DNA of 64,000 bases. Origin: Dongiaceae bacterium (lineage in GTDB: Bacteria; Verrucomicrobiota; Verrucomicrobiia; Limisphaerales; JAFMIX01). Made by a program: the position numbers and the translations under genes. Within the stretch, counting starts at the first letter, position 1; every line of letters begins with the position of its first letter. Under the pieces are notes generated by a model that worked only from the letters and a program-made list of their open reading frames with translations, ran no database searches and was not told the DNA's origin. Below, piece by piece: positions 37,895 through 47,594 of the stretch. The DNA lies in NCBI GenBank assembly GCA_035492855.1, contig DATJIU010000312.1, forward strand, positions 2,299-66,298, given 5' to 3'.

Positions 37895-38316
37895 TTGTGT
37901 TCCGGGGGTTGGGCCCGCAGGGAATACCGGGAAATACCGCCGCCCACGCAGCCGTCGGTGAGCGCGACGAGGTCGCGGATGCGGCTGTCCTCATCGGCGC
38001 GGATGTACACCACGAGGTTGGGGTTGGCCTTGTAAGCGGTCACGAGTTGCTGGATCAATTGCGGGAGCGGCAGGACCCGCCGGTCCAAAGCATAGGCGCC
38101 ATTCGGCGTGATTTCCACCACGCGCACATCCTCCTTGCGAATCGGCTTGTCCTGAGGGGCGTTGCTGGCGGTGGGCAGGTGCAGTTCGAGTCCCTTTTCC
38201 AACAACGGCGTGGTGATGACAAAGATGATCAACAGCACAAACGCCAGGTCCAGCAGCGGCGTGATGTTGATCTCGCTGAGCGTCACCAAATGCGTGCGTT
38301 GGGAAAAGCGGCGCAT
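37891..38316 (-). CDS. tolR: Biopolymer transport protein ExbD/TolR
   Basis: INITPLLDLAFVLLIIF motif, 141 aa. Confidence 0.85.
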   Translation of the reverse strand: MRRFSQRTHLVTLSEINITPLLDLAFVLLIIFVITTPLLEKGLELHLPTASNAPQDKPIRKEDVRVVEITPNGAYALDRRVLPLPQLIQQLVTAYKANPNLVVYIRADEDSRIRDLVALTDGCVGGGISRYSLRAQPPEHK

Positions 38317-38322
38317 AGAAAG

Positions 38323-38760
38323 TTAAAGGTGGCGGGTGACAGGTTGCAGGTTGGCTCCGCCGGTTTTACCCGGTTTTCGCACGTGCGAATTGCCGGGTTG
38401 TTTTTCCAGATACGAAATAAAAGCGGCCAGCCTCCGGGATAGCACCGTGACCGCTTCACTTAACCGGACGAATTCCTTTTCGGTCAGGTATTCCTCATCC
38501 AAGGCGACATAAAGCTGCGAGCGCACCTCGCCATTGGAGCCTTTGGCAATATTGAGATATTGGACAAACTCCTTCCGACTGCCTCGTTCAAAGCCTTCGG
38601 CAATGTTGGACATGACGGATACGGCGGCACGGCGGATTTGCTCGCGCAAACCAAAGTCACGGTAAAAAGCACGTTGCTTGGATGCGGCATGGACAGCCCT
38701 TACCGACTTCCGGGCTTCCTGCCACACTGCCAAATCTTCAAACTGCTGTGCTGTTGCCAT
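38323..38760 (-). CDS. Four-helix-bundle protein (23S rRNA intervening-sequence protein family, TIGR02436)
   Basis: FEDLAVWQEARK...RDFGLREQIRRAAVSVMSNIAEGFERGSRKEFVQYLNIAKGSNGEVRSQL is the family signature. Confidence 0.85.
   Translation of the reverse strand: MATAQQFEDLAVWQEARKSVRAVHAASKQRAFYRDFGLREQIRRAAVSVMSNIAEGFERGSRKEFVQYLNIAKGSNGEVRSQLYVALDEEYLTEKEFVRLSEAVTVLSRRLAAFISYLEKQPGNSHVRKPGKTGGANLQPVTRHL
38341..38353. repeat. Left arm of 13-bp perfect inverted repeat flanking the four-helix-bundle gene (aggttgcaggttg)
   Basis: Exact reverse complement of 38821-38833. Confidence 0.75.
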
Positions 38761-38804
38761 AAATCATCTGTTTCAATTTACCCCACCGCGTTGCCTCGTT
38801 CACT

Positions 38805-38833
38805 TGCAACCTGCAACTTTCAACCTGCAACCT
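38805..38833. repeat. Right arm region: tgcaacctgcaactttcaacctgcaacct (GCAACCT-type units)
   Basis: Contains caacctgcaacct (38821-38833), the reverse complement of 38341-38353. Confidence 0.75.
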
Positions 38834-38837
38834 TTTT

Positions 38838-39566
38838 CTACTTTTCCTCCAAAAATTCGGTCTCCATCTTGGATGTGAGTTCCTGCGCGAAATTGTCCAG
38901 TTCCACCGTCAACACCCGCAAGTTGTGTACCAGCCAGTTGTAGCCGAACATCGAGGGAATGGCCACCAGCAGGCCGGCGACGGTGGTGACCAAAGCCGCC
39001 GAAACGCCCGGCGCCATGGCCGTCATGGTGGCGCTGCCTTCCTGCGCGATGCCCGCAAACGTGCTCATCACGCCCCACACTGTGCCCAGCAGGCCGAGGA
39101 ACGGCCCGCCGCTGACTGCAATGGCCAGCAGGATGAGGCCCGACTCCAGCTTGAGCGATTCCTGCGCCACGGTGTTCTCCATGGTGCGTTTCACGTGCTC
39201 CATGCCCTTGATGGAAACAAATTCCTTGCGACCGCCGGAACCGGGCTGTTTCAACCGCGCGTCCAGTTCCTGGCTCCCGGAGAGATAGACGGCAAACAGC
39301 GGGCAACCCTCCGCATGAATCCGCCGGTCAAACATGTCCAGCACGGTTTTCTGCACCTTGAATTCGCCGGTGAAAAGCTGGTTGAGCTTTTTGGCCCGGC
39401 GCATCTGGATGCCCTTGGAAATCATCACCGACCACGCCATGATGGAAAAGAAGACCAGGAAGATGATGATGATTTTGGCCTCAGGCCGGGCCTGGTCCCA
39501 AATGTAGAGCAACTCCATCTTCTTCGGTGGAGCCCCCACGACCGCAAACAAACACAATGAGTTCAT
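38838..39566 (-). CDS. tolQ: MotA/TolQ/ExbB proton-channel protein
   Basis: 3 TM helices. LGLLGTVWGVMSTF and AL..T..GL motif. Start taken at MNSLCLF (39566); MELLYIW (39518) is also possible. Confidence 0.85.
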   Translation of the reverse strand: MNSLCLFAVVGAPPKKMELLYIWDQARPEAKIIIIFLVFFSIMAWSVMISKGIQMRRAKKLNQLFTGEFKVQKTVLDMFDRRIHAEGCPLFAVYLSGSQELDARLKQPGSGGRKEFVSIKGMEHVKRTMENTVAQESLKLESGLILLAIAVSGGPFLGLLGTVWGVMSTFAGIAQEGSATMTAMAPGVSAALVTTVAGLLVAIPSMFGYNWLVHNLRVLTVELDNFAQELTSKMETEFLEEK

Positions 39567-39748
39567 GGAAATTAGTAAATGATTCCCATCCGGCAGCACG
39601 GTCGTGAGGAATTCGACAGCACCCGGACGTCGCAGCGCTTTCGCACTTGCGCCGGACCTATTTTCTACCCTGCCGCCCGGAAAATGCAAAAGAATTCTGA
39701 AATATCAATGCCACTTTACACCGGCATTAATTTTGCAAAGCTTGCGCC

Positions 39749-40930
39749 ATGAGGATGCGCCTGTTTTTCCTAATTGGATTGTTGCTGCTGGCTACCCTGT
39801 CGCCTGCCCGGGCCGCGGATGCCGCCACCCCGGCCCAAACCGTGCCCGGCGCGGAAAAAGTGGCCCAAACCATCTCCATGATCACCGGGGTGGCCATCTC
39901 CCCCCTCCTGGGCGTGGGGGCGGTGGGGGCCTGGCAGTATTTTGAGGCCAAAACGCCCGAGCAACGGGCCAACCTGCCTTGGTACGCCCATCCCTTGTTT
40001 TGGGCTCCCGCCCTGTTGCTGGTAGGGCTGTGCTTTATCAAGGATACCGCGGGCGCCGCCCTGCCCACGGTGGCCAAAAAACCGTTCGACGTGGCGGAAA
40101 CCATTGAGCATAAGATCAGTGGGCTGGTGGCTACCGGCGCGTTTGTGCCCATTGCCGCCTCCATTTTCCACGCCACCGCCAGCAAATCCGGGGCATCGCT
40201 GGATTCCTTGGGCTCTTTGGGTTTCGCCGCCATTGACCTGCACTGGCTCTACAACGGCATCATGGTGCCCCTTTCCATGGCGGCCTTTTTCGTGGTATTC
40301 CTGGCCTCCAACGCCATCAATATCCTCATCCTGCTCAGCCCCTTCACCACCGTGGACACGGCGCTCAAAGGCTTCCGCCTGTTCATCCTCTCCACCGTGG
40401 TGGCCTCGGCGTGGACCAACCCCTGGATCGGCGCGGCCTGGGCGCTGGTTTTGATTGCCATTTCCTACCTGATCGCCGGGTGGTCGTTCCGGCTTTCGCA
40501 CTTTGGGCTGGCGTATGTGTGGGACATCGTTACCGCGCGCCGGCACCGGTTCACCCCCAAGCTCACGGCCAACAAAATGTTCCTCGCCCGCAAAATCAAC
40601 AAAGTGCCCGCGCGCACCTACGGCAAACTTTCCCGCGATGAACAGCAGCAGCTCGTGCTGAAATACAAGCCCTGGCTGGTATTGCCCGAGCGCACGCTCA
40701 CCCTGCCCGCCGGCCAGTACGCGGTGGGCCACGGGCTGTTCAACTCCGAGATTATGCGGCTGGATGGCGAGAACGCTATCACTTCATTGCTGTTGCCGCC
40801 ACGCTACCGGGGACACGAGGAGGAACTCGTGAAAATTTACGGCTTCGTGGACGTACGCCCTGCGGGTTTTCGCGCGGCGTGGAAATGGTTCAAGAGCCTA
40901 TTTGCCAGCACCAAACCGGCAATGGCGTAG
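39749..40930 (+). CDS. Hypothetical membrane protein with signal peptide
   Basis: MRMRLFFLIGLLLLATLSPARA, several TM helices, and a soluble C-terminal region. No confident family. Confidence 0.5.
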   Translation: MRMRLFFLIGLLLLATLSPARAADAATPAQTVPGAEKVAQTISMITGVAISPLLGVGAVGAWQYFEAKTPEQRANLPWYAHPLFWAPALLLVGLCFIKDTAGAALPTVAKKPFDVAETIEHKISGLVATGAFVPIAASIFHATASKSGASLDSLGSLGFAAIDLHWLYNGIMVPLSMAAFFVVFLASNAINILILLSPFTTVDTALKGFRLFILSTVVASAWTNPWIGAAWALVLIAISYLIAGWSFRLSHFGLAYVWDIVTARRHRFTPKLTANKMFLARKINKVPARTYGKLSRDEQQQLVLKYKPWLVLPERTLTLPAGQYAVGHGLFNSEIMRLDGENAITSLLLPPRYRGHEEELVKIYGFVDVRPAGFRAAWKWFKSLFASTKPAMA

Positions 40931-40972
40931 CACGAGAGCCGTACCGCCGCCTGACGAATTATTGTTACCACG

Positions 40973-41695
40973 CTATTGCGTGAGCACGGCATCCAGCAAC
41001 GCGCGGTAGCCCTTCTGCTTCAGCGCCAGGACCAGTTGCTGGTCGCGCGCTTCGCGATTCCAACTGCTGTTGTATTTTTCGTCACTGTAGCTTTCCGGGG
41101 TGTACATCTTCCAGTTGCCGGTGAGCACGTCCAGTAACAGTCCCTTGAGCCGGATGCGCATCTGCTGTTTCTGGTCCGGCACCAACCCGCCGACAATCGG
41201 CACCCAGCTTACCGCCTTGCCTTCCTGGTCGCGTTGCGCGGATTCCAACACGCCCCAGTAACACAGGATGAAACGGTATCCGCCCTGCGCCGCCCGCAAC
41301 CGCAGTGAGCCCGCGAGCCCGTTCTTGTCGGTCGGCGGCACGCCCGAAAATGGCGCGATGGCAAAGTAATGATTGGCCTCCTCCAGCATTGCGTCATCCG
41401 GCACCATGGCGCCGGACTGGATGAGCATCAATTTGTCGCCCCGCTTGAGCGCCGCCATCTGGGCGGACTCAAAGGCCTTGTGGATGTTTTCCTCCGTGGC
41501 CTCTGCCTTCGGCGCGGCGCCCAAAATATCCATCTCCGAGAGTTCCCCTTTGTACAATGGATTCTCACCACTACCGTAGGGTCGCCCATAATATTCGCCG
41601 CGATAACCCGAGTCAGAAATGGACCGGGTTTCGCAACCCGTCAACGCCAGGGCCAAAACGCCGCATACTGCCAAAGCCAGAATTGTTTTACGCAT
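40973..41695 (-). CDS. Hypothetical lipoprotein
   Basis: MRKTILALAVCGVLALALTGC lipobox. Confidence 0.6.
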   Translation of the reverse strand: MRKTILALAVCGVLALALTGCETRSISDSGYRGEYYGRPYGSGENPLYKGELSEMDILGAAPKAEATEENIHKAFESAQMAALKRGDKLMLIQSGAMVPDDAMLEEANHYFAIAPFSGVPPTDKNGLAGSLRLRAAQGGYRFILCYWGVLESAQRDQEGKAVSWVPIVGGLVPDQKQQMRIRLKGLLLDVLTGNWKMYTPESYSDEKYNSSWNREARDQQLVLALKQKGYRALLDAVLTQ

Positions 41696-41850
41696 AAGTA
41701 CCTGTGGAAAAGTTATTTTACATGCTTATGATGGACTGAGAGTTACATTGCCAGTTATACCCGCATCCATTGTCCCGTCAAGTATGCCTGGGTGTCATTC
41801 CGCAAAAAAACATATTTGGATTTGATTCATTTCCCGGGTTCTGCCATTTG

Positions 41851-42264
41851 ATGGCCATGACTCAGACGGAATTGAACAAACAGACTGTGACCCAGTATGT
41901 GGCGGCCTTCAACCGCGCCGACATGGACACGCTCCGCACCCTGTTCACCCCCGATGCCGTCATCCGCGGGGTGCTGGGCTGGGGCAATCTGGACCAGGTG
42001 ATTCCCGTGTGGCGCGAGTTGCACGCCGCGTTTGCCATCGAGCTGACCATTGATTCCATCGCGGCCGAGGGCGACCAGGTGGCGGTGCGCTATACCGAAC
42101 GCGGCAAATCGGTGGGCGCATTCCGGGGCATGCCCGTCACGGGCCAGGCCTACGAGCTGGTGGCGATGGAATGGTTTGAAATGCGCGCCGGCAAAATCTA
42201 CCGCCGCTGGGGCGCGCGCGATTCCGCCTCGCAAAACCGCCAGATGGGCCTGCCGCTGGCGTAA
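41851..42264 (+). CDS. SnoaL-like ester cyclase / NTF2-fold protein
   Basis: NKQTVTQYVAAFNRADMDTLRTLFTPDAV...GKIYRRWGARD pattern. ATG at 41851. Confidence 0.7.
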   Translation: MAMTQTELNKQTVTQYVAAFNRADMDTLRTLFTPDAVIRGVLGWGNLDQVIPVWRELHAAFAIELTIDSIAAEGDQVAVRYTERGKSVGAFRGMPVTGQAYELVAMEWFEMRAGKIYRRWGARDSASQNRQMGLPLA

Positions 42265-42517
42265 GCCAACCGGCGATCCCGGCCGCTTCCGTCCCAAAAT
42301 CATCAGCAGTGCTGTGCCGGGACAACATCACTTTTTTGGGAGTGACCGGAAATTTTTTCAATTCCACCCCGGGGTCACTGCGGAGTTAATGTGCGTCATG
42401 CCCCAGAACGATACCTTCGGTAATTCCGCCCGGCTGCCGGCAGATTTCAACTTGCCAGGCCCTGGCTTGGGTCGCAAGCTGGCGGCAATCAGTCACCACA
42501 ACCTCTAATCCAATCTT

Positions 42518-45500
42518 ATGGAACCGTGGGTATTCCTTATCGTTCTAATCCTGGGCGTTCCGTTGTTCACCTTTATCTGGCTGATTGTTCGGGCCGTCAA
42601 GGCCAACCAACGGATTGAAGAGCTCACCCGGCGGCTCGGCGAACTGGAATTGGATGTGATCCGCCTCCGCCAGGACCGTCCGGCCAAACCGGCGGCCGCA
42701 CCCGTGGTGGCCCCCAAACCCGAAACCGTGCCGGTCCAGACCCTCACTCCCGAAACTCCGCCAGTGGCGCCCGCACCGCTTCGGGTTCCACCCAATTTGA
42801 CGGCCGCGAAAGTCGCCCCCGCGGTGCCGCCTCCCGTGCCGCCCCAAGCTCCCGCGCCAGCGACACCGCCCTCCATCACTCCACCGCCGACTGTTCCCTG
42901 GGCCCGGCCAGTGCCCGAACTCCCGCCCCGCCCCGCCATCAACTGGGAGCAGTTCATGGGGGTGAAAGGCTTCGCGTGGGTCGGCGGTTTTGCGCTGTTC
43001 CTCGGCATCGCTTTTTTCATCAAATACTCGTTCGACAACAATCTGGTGCCGCCGGAATTACGGGTGGCCATAGGCTTTGTGGCCGGACTGGGGCTGCTCG
43101 TCGGCGGCGTGTTGCTCTCGCGTAAAAATTATCCGGCCTTGGCGCAGACGCTTTGCGCCACCGGCGTGGTGGCGCTTTATGCCGTCACATTCGCCTGTCG
43201 TTCCGTCTATCATTTTGAATTTTTCGGCGCCATTCCCACGTTCCTGCTAATGGGACTCATCACCACCACGGCCTTCCTGGTGGCGGTGCGCTTGAACGCG
43301 CTGGTCGTGGCCATCCTGGGCATGTTGGGCGGCTTCCTCACCCCGGTGTTGCTCTCCACCGGCGTGGACAACCCGGCCGGGCTGTTTGGCTACATTGCCA
43401 TCCTCGACACCGGGCTTCTCCTGGTCGCACTCAATCGCCGCTGGCATTTCCTCACCGCGCTGGCCGCCGCCGGCACGGCATTGATGCAGGCCGGCTGGGC
43501 CGGCCAGTTTTTCGAGCCGGAAAAATATTTCGCCGCCAACAAGATTCTGATCGTACTTGCCGTGCTGCTCGGATTCAATCTGCTGTATCTCGCGGCGGTA
43601 TGGTGGGCCCGGCGCCAGGAGAAATCCAACCACTGGCTGACTGGCGCCGCCCTGGGCCTGGTGGCCGTGGCCCTGGCTTTCATGCCGTGGCTGCTGTCTT
43701 ATCCCACGCTGGCCGGGCGGCCGGGACTGATATTCGGCTTTGCGCTGATCATTGATCTGGTTGCGCTCGCGCTGGTATTGCTGGAGAAACGGGTCGCCCT
43801 TGCCCAACCGGTCGCCGGTCTGGCGCTTTTCGGCCTGCTGGCCTGGTGGACCAGCGAGTCGCTCACCAACGGCCTGCTGACTACCGCCTTGATAATTTAT
43901 CTGCTGTTTGCCGTGCTGCACGCGGTGATCCCGCTGCTGTTGCAACGGCGGCACGGCATCACCACCGCGCTGTGGGGCACCCAGTTGTTCCCGCCGCTGG
44001 CGCTGGCCCTGGTGCTCATTCCCATTTTCAAGCTGACGGACCTTTCGTTCGCCGTCTGGCCTTTCGTGCTGCTGGTGGATCTGCTGGCCATCGGACTGGC
44101 GGCGGTCACCGCCACGTTGCTGCCGGTGGCGGCGGTGCTGCTGCTGACCCTGGCGGCCACCGCGGCGCTCATTTTGAAAATCCCTGCGGAATTGACCGGC
44201 ATGTCCACTTTCTTCCTGCTGCTGGGCGGCTTTGCAATCTTCTTCGTGGGCGCGAGCGTCTGGTTGGCGCGCAAATTGAAGCGCAACGGCATCATCTCCG
44301 GCATCCGCCTGGGCAATGACCTGGCCAACCCGGAAAACCTGGCCGGACTGTTGCCGGCGGTTTCGGCGGCGCTGCCGTTTCTGCTGCTCATCATGGCCAC
44401 GCTGCGATTGCCGCTGGTCAATCCCGCGCCGGTATTTGGCCTGGCGCTGCTGCTGGTAGTCCTGCTGCTGGGCTTGGGCGTCCTGCTGGCCTTTGATTGG
44501 ATTCCGGTGGTGACAGTGGCCTGCGTGGCCGCCCTCGAATGTGCCTGGCATTTCCAGCGCTTTGACGCTTCCAACCCAGACGTAACCCCGCTGCAACCGT
44601 TGGCCTGGTATCTGATTTTTTACGGCATCTTTACGTTGTTCCCGTTTGTCTTCCTTAAAAAATTCCGGGAACAAACCGCTCCTTGGGCCGCGGCGGCACT
44701 TGCCGGACTGCCGCAGTTCCTTCTGATCTACCGGCTGGTGCGGGTCGTCTGGCCGAACAGCATGATGGGCCTGCTGCCGGCGGCGTTTGCCGTGCCGCCT
44801 TTGCTGAGCCTGGTAGCCTTGCTGAAGAAAATTCCTGCCACCACGCCGGCCCGGATGACCCAACTGGCCTGGTTCGGCGGCGTGGCACTGTTTTTCATCA
44901 CTTTGATTTTCCCGATACAGTTTGAGCGCCAATGGCTCACCATCGGCTGGGCGTTGGAAGGCGCCGCGTTGCTGTGGCTGTTCCATCGCGTGCCGCATCC
45001 GGGCCTGCGGCTCACCGGGGTGGGCCTGTTGCTGGCGGCCTTTGCGCGCCTGGCCTGCAACCCGGCCGTGTTTGATTACCACGCCCGGAGCGCCACTCCC
45101 ATACTCAACTGGTATCTGTACTCCTACGGCATCGTGACAGTCTGCCTGTTCGCCGGCATGCGCCTGCTGGCCCCGCCCCGCAACCGGGTGCTGAACAGCA
45201 ACGTGCCGCCACTCCTGGCCACTCTCGGCACCATCCTCGCCTTCCTGTTGATGAACCTGGAAATTGCCGACTACTTCACCCCGGCCGGCGCGGGCACGCA
45301 TTTTGAATTTGGCGGCAACTTCGCCCGGGAAATGACCTACACCATCGCCTGGGCCCTGTTCGCCCTGGTTTTGATTGTCATTGGCATCGCCCGGAACCTA
45401 CGGCCTGCCCGCTATGCCGCCATGGCATTGTTGGGAATAACTCTGCTCAAGTTGTTTTTCCACGACCTCGCCAACCTCAACCAGCTTTATCGCATCGGCG

Positions 45501-45607
45501 CTTTTGTGGGCGTGGCGGTGATTGCCATGCTGGCTTCGTTCGCCTATCAACGTTTTTATGCTGCCAGTGCCAAAGATGAAAAACCGAATCCTGAAGTGGT
45601 TCCCTGA
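42518..45607 (+). CDS. Large polytopic membrane protein, DUF2339-like
   Basis: Architecture is an N-terminal TM, a short coiled coil (RIEELTRRLGELELDVIRLR), a Pro-rich linker, and then more than 25 hydrophobic helices. Confidence 0.7.
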   Translation: MEPWVFLIVLILGVPLFTFIWLIVRAVKANQRIEELTRRLGELELDVIRLRQDRPAKPAAAPVVAPKPETVPVQTLTPETPPVAPAPLRVPPNLTAAKVAPAVPPPVPPQAPAPATPPSITPPPTVPWARPVPELPPRPAINWEQFMGVKGFAWVGGFALFLGIAFFIKYSFDNNLVPPELRVAIGFVAGLGLLVGGVLLSRKNYPALAQTLCATGVVALYAVTFACRSVYHFEFFGAIPTFLLMGLITTTAFLVAVRLNALVVAILGMLGGFLTPVLLSTGVDNPAGLFGYIAILDTGLLLVALNRRWHFLTALAAAGTALMQAGWAGQFFEPEKYFAANKILIVLAVLLGFNLLYLAAVWWARRQEKSNHWLTGAALGLVAVALAFMPWLLSYPTLAGRPGLIFGFALIIDLVALALVLLEKRVALAQPVAGLALFGLLAWWTSESLTNGLLTTALIIYLLFAVLHAVIPLLLQRRHGITTALWGTQLFPPLALALVLIPIFKLTDLSFAVWPFVLLVDLLAIGLAAVTATLLPVAAVLLLTLAATAALILKIPAELTGMSTFFLLLGGFAIFFVGASVWLARKLKRNGIISGIRLGNDLANPENLAGLLPAVSAALPFLLLIMATLRLPLVNPAPVFGLALLLVVLLLGLGVLLAFDWIPVVTVACVAALECAWHFQRFDASNPDVTPLQPLAWYLIFYGIFTLFPFVFLKKFREQTAPWAAAALAGLPQFLLIYRLVRVVWPNSMMGLLPAAFAVPPLLSLVALLKKIPATTPARMTQLAWFGGVALFFITLIFPIQFERQWLTIGWALEGAALLWLFHRVPHPGLRLTGVGLLLAAFARLACNPAVFDYHARSATPILNWYLYSYGIVTVCLFAGMRLLAPPRNRVLNSNVPPLLATLGTILAFLLMNLEIADYFTPAGAGTHFEFGGNFAREMTYTIAWALFALVLIVIGIARNLRPARYAAMALLGITLLKLFFHDLANLNQLYRIGAFVGVAVIAMLASFAYQRFYAASAKDEKPNPEVVP

Positions 45608-47591
45608 CCCGGTCCGGAGTTTCATTCCGCTCCTTGCCCTGACCGGCGGATTGACCGCCGGGGCTGCAGCCTTGCCCTCCGACTGGCAAAACGAACAGTC
45701 TTTCAGCGTCACCACGCCCGGCCTGATCAAACTGAGCCTGCCAGCGGCCACGTTGGACGCCGCCCAACCGGCGCTCGCCGATTTGCGGTTGTATGATGAT
45801 GCCGGCGCCGAAGTGCCCTGGCTGGTCGAACGGCCGCTACCCGGCACCGCGGCAATGCTGCCCGCCCGGGCGTTTCAAGCCACATTGAATGCCGACGCCA
45901 CCGTCTTGCTCGTCGAAACGGGAACAACGCAGGCCATTGACGGCATCCTGTTGGAGACCCCGGCGCAAAACTTTATCAAGCCGGTGCGAGTGGAAGGTTC
46001 GCCGGATGGCCACCGGTGGCAACTCCTCGCCACCGGCCGGCCGCTGTTCCGTCAGCCTGGCGGAGTCACCCAATTGCAACTCCCCCTGCTGCTGAATGTC
46101 TGGCACAGCCTGCGGCTGACGGTGGATGACCGGCGCGCGGCACCCCTCCCGTTCACTGGCGCGCGGCTGCACGTTCCTGCCGCCACCGGGGCGCCCGCCG
46201 AAACCCTGCCGGTCACCATTGCCGAACGGCATGAAAACCCCGGCGAAACCCGGCTCACCCTCAATCTGGGCGCCGCCAACCTGGACCTCGCCGGACTCGA
46301 TTTCGAGACCACCGCGCCGCTGTTTACCCGCAACGTGACCCTGGCCGTACCTCAGGTTTCCGAAACCGCCATTCACGAAGCACCCGTTGGCCAAGGCGTC
46401 ATTTACCGCCTCGCAATCGACGGCCAGACCAACCTGGAAAATCTGACGGTGTCACTCGAACGGCAGATCCATTCCCGGGAACTCGTGGTGTTGATCCACA
46501 ACCAGGACAGTCCGCCGCTGGCCCTCACTGCCGTGCGCGCGGAACGTCGCCCGGTCTATCTGGTCTTTCTGGCTTCCCATGCCGGCACCTATCATCTGCT
46601 GACTGGCAATCCGCAGGCGCTGGCCCCGCACTACGACCTGGCTGCCTTTGCGCCCCATCTCAAAACCATTGGCGTCTCTCCGGTGCAAATGTCCGCCCTG
46701 ACAGCCAACCCGGATTATCACCCGCCGGAAACCCTGCCGGACATTGCCACGACCGGCCCGGAACTGGACACGAAGGACTGGAAATACCGGAAGCCGGTGC
46801 AAATCTCGCAACCGGGAGTGCAAGAGCTGGAATTGGATTTGGACGTGCTCGCTCATGCCCAGTCCGACTTGGGGGATCTGCGGCTGATGACGACCACCCG
46901 GCAGGTGCCGTACATCCTCGAACATACTTCCATCCACCAGACGCTGACCCCGGCGGTGACGGTTATTCCTGACGCAAAATCCCCCAAGATCAGCCGGTGG
47001 CGGCTAAGTTTGCCGCAGGCCCGACTGCCGCTCTCGCGTCTGAGCTGCACCACTGCCAGCGCCCTGTTTCAACGCCAGATATGGGTATATGAAGAATTGC
47101 CGGATGAACGCGGCAGCACTTACCGGCAATCTTTGGGCAGCGCCAGTTGGAACCAAACCCCCGATGCCCGGCGGACCGAATTTACGCTGGTGCTGGATCG
47201 GCCGCCGCAAAGCAATACCTTGTTTCTGGAAACGGACAACGGCGACAACCCGCCGCTCGAATTGGATCACTTCCAGGTTTTCTATCCCGTCACCCGCGTG
47301 TGGTTCAAAATCGGTTCCGCCATGCCGGTCTCGTTGTACTACGGCAACCCGGGGGTGGGGGCGCCGCACTACGACCTGACCTTGGTGGCCAATCAATTGC
47401 TGGCGGCGCCGAAAACTCCGGCCACCGGCGGGCCAGAAGAACTGCTCCGCAAATCTTCGTGGACCGAAACCCGCATTCCCGGCCGGGGCGGCGTGTTGTT
47501 CTGGGGCATCCTGGCGGTGGTAGTGGCGGGGTTGCTGTTCATCATTGCCCGGCTGCTCCCCAAAAACGCCCCGCCGCCGGACCAGCCTTGA
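45576..47591 (+). CDS. DUF3999-like exported protein with C-terminal TM anchor
   Basis: ATG at 45576 overlaps the end of the DUF2339-like gene by 32 nt. It has a signal-like N-terminus and the C-terminal helix VLFWGILAVVVAGLLFIIARLL. Confidence 0.6.
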   Translation: MKNRILKWFPDPVRSFIPLLALTGGLTAGAAALPSDWQNEQSFSVTTPGLIKLSLPAATLDAAQPALADLRLYDDAGAEVPWLVERPLPGTAAMLPARAFQATLNADATVLLVETGTTQAIDGILLETPAQNFIKPVRVEGSPDGHRWQLLATGRPLFRQPGGVTQLQLPLLLNVWHSLRLTVDDRRAAPLPFTGARLHVPAATGAPAETLPVTIAERHENPGETRLTLNLGAANLDLAGLDFETTAPLFTRNVTLAVPQVSETAIHEAPVGQGVIYRLAIDGQTNLENLTVSLERQIHSRELVVLIHNQDSPPLALTAVRAERRPVYLVFLASHAGTYHLLTGNPQALAPHYDLAAFAPHLKTIGVSPVQMSALTANPDYHPPETLPDIATTGPELDTKDWKYRKPVQISQPGVQELELDLDVLAHAQSDLGDLRLMTTTRQVPYILEHTSIHQTLTPAVTVIPDAKSPKISRWRLSLPQARLPLSRLSCTTASALFQRQIWVYEELPDERGSTYRQSLGSASWNQTPDARRTEFTLVLDRPPQSNTLFLETDNGDNPPLELDHFQVFYPVTRVWFKIGSAMPVSLYYGNPGVGAPHYDLTLVANQLLAAPKTPATGGPEELLRKSSWTETRIPGRGGVLFWGILAVVVAGLLFIIARLLPKNAPPPDQP

Positions 47592-47594
47592 GCC

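Noticed and set aside
43247-45301. 684-aa minus-strand ORF inside the DUF2339-like gene. Similar cases are 54150..55913 (+), 9566..10789 (+), 33597..35069 (+), 49686..51071 (+), 18453..19778 (-), 21235..22713 (+) and 20250..21200 (+).
   Set aside because: All lie antisense to genes with recognisable families. Their translations are Arg/Gly/His/Gln-rich low-complexity sequence.
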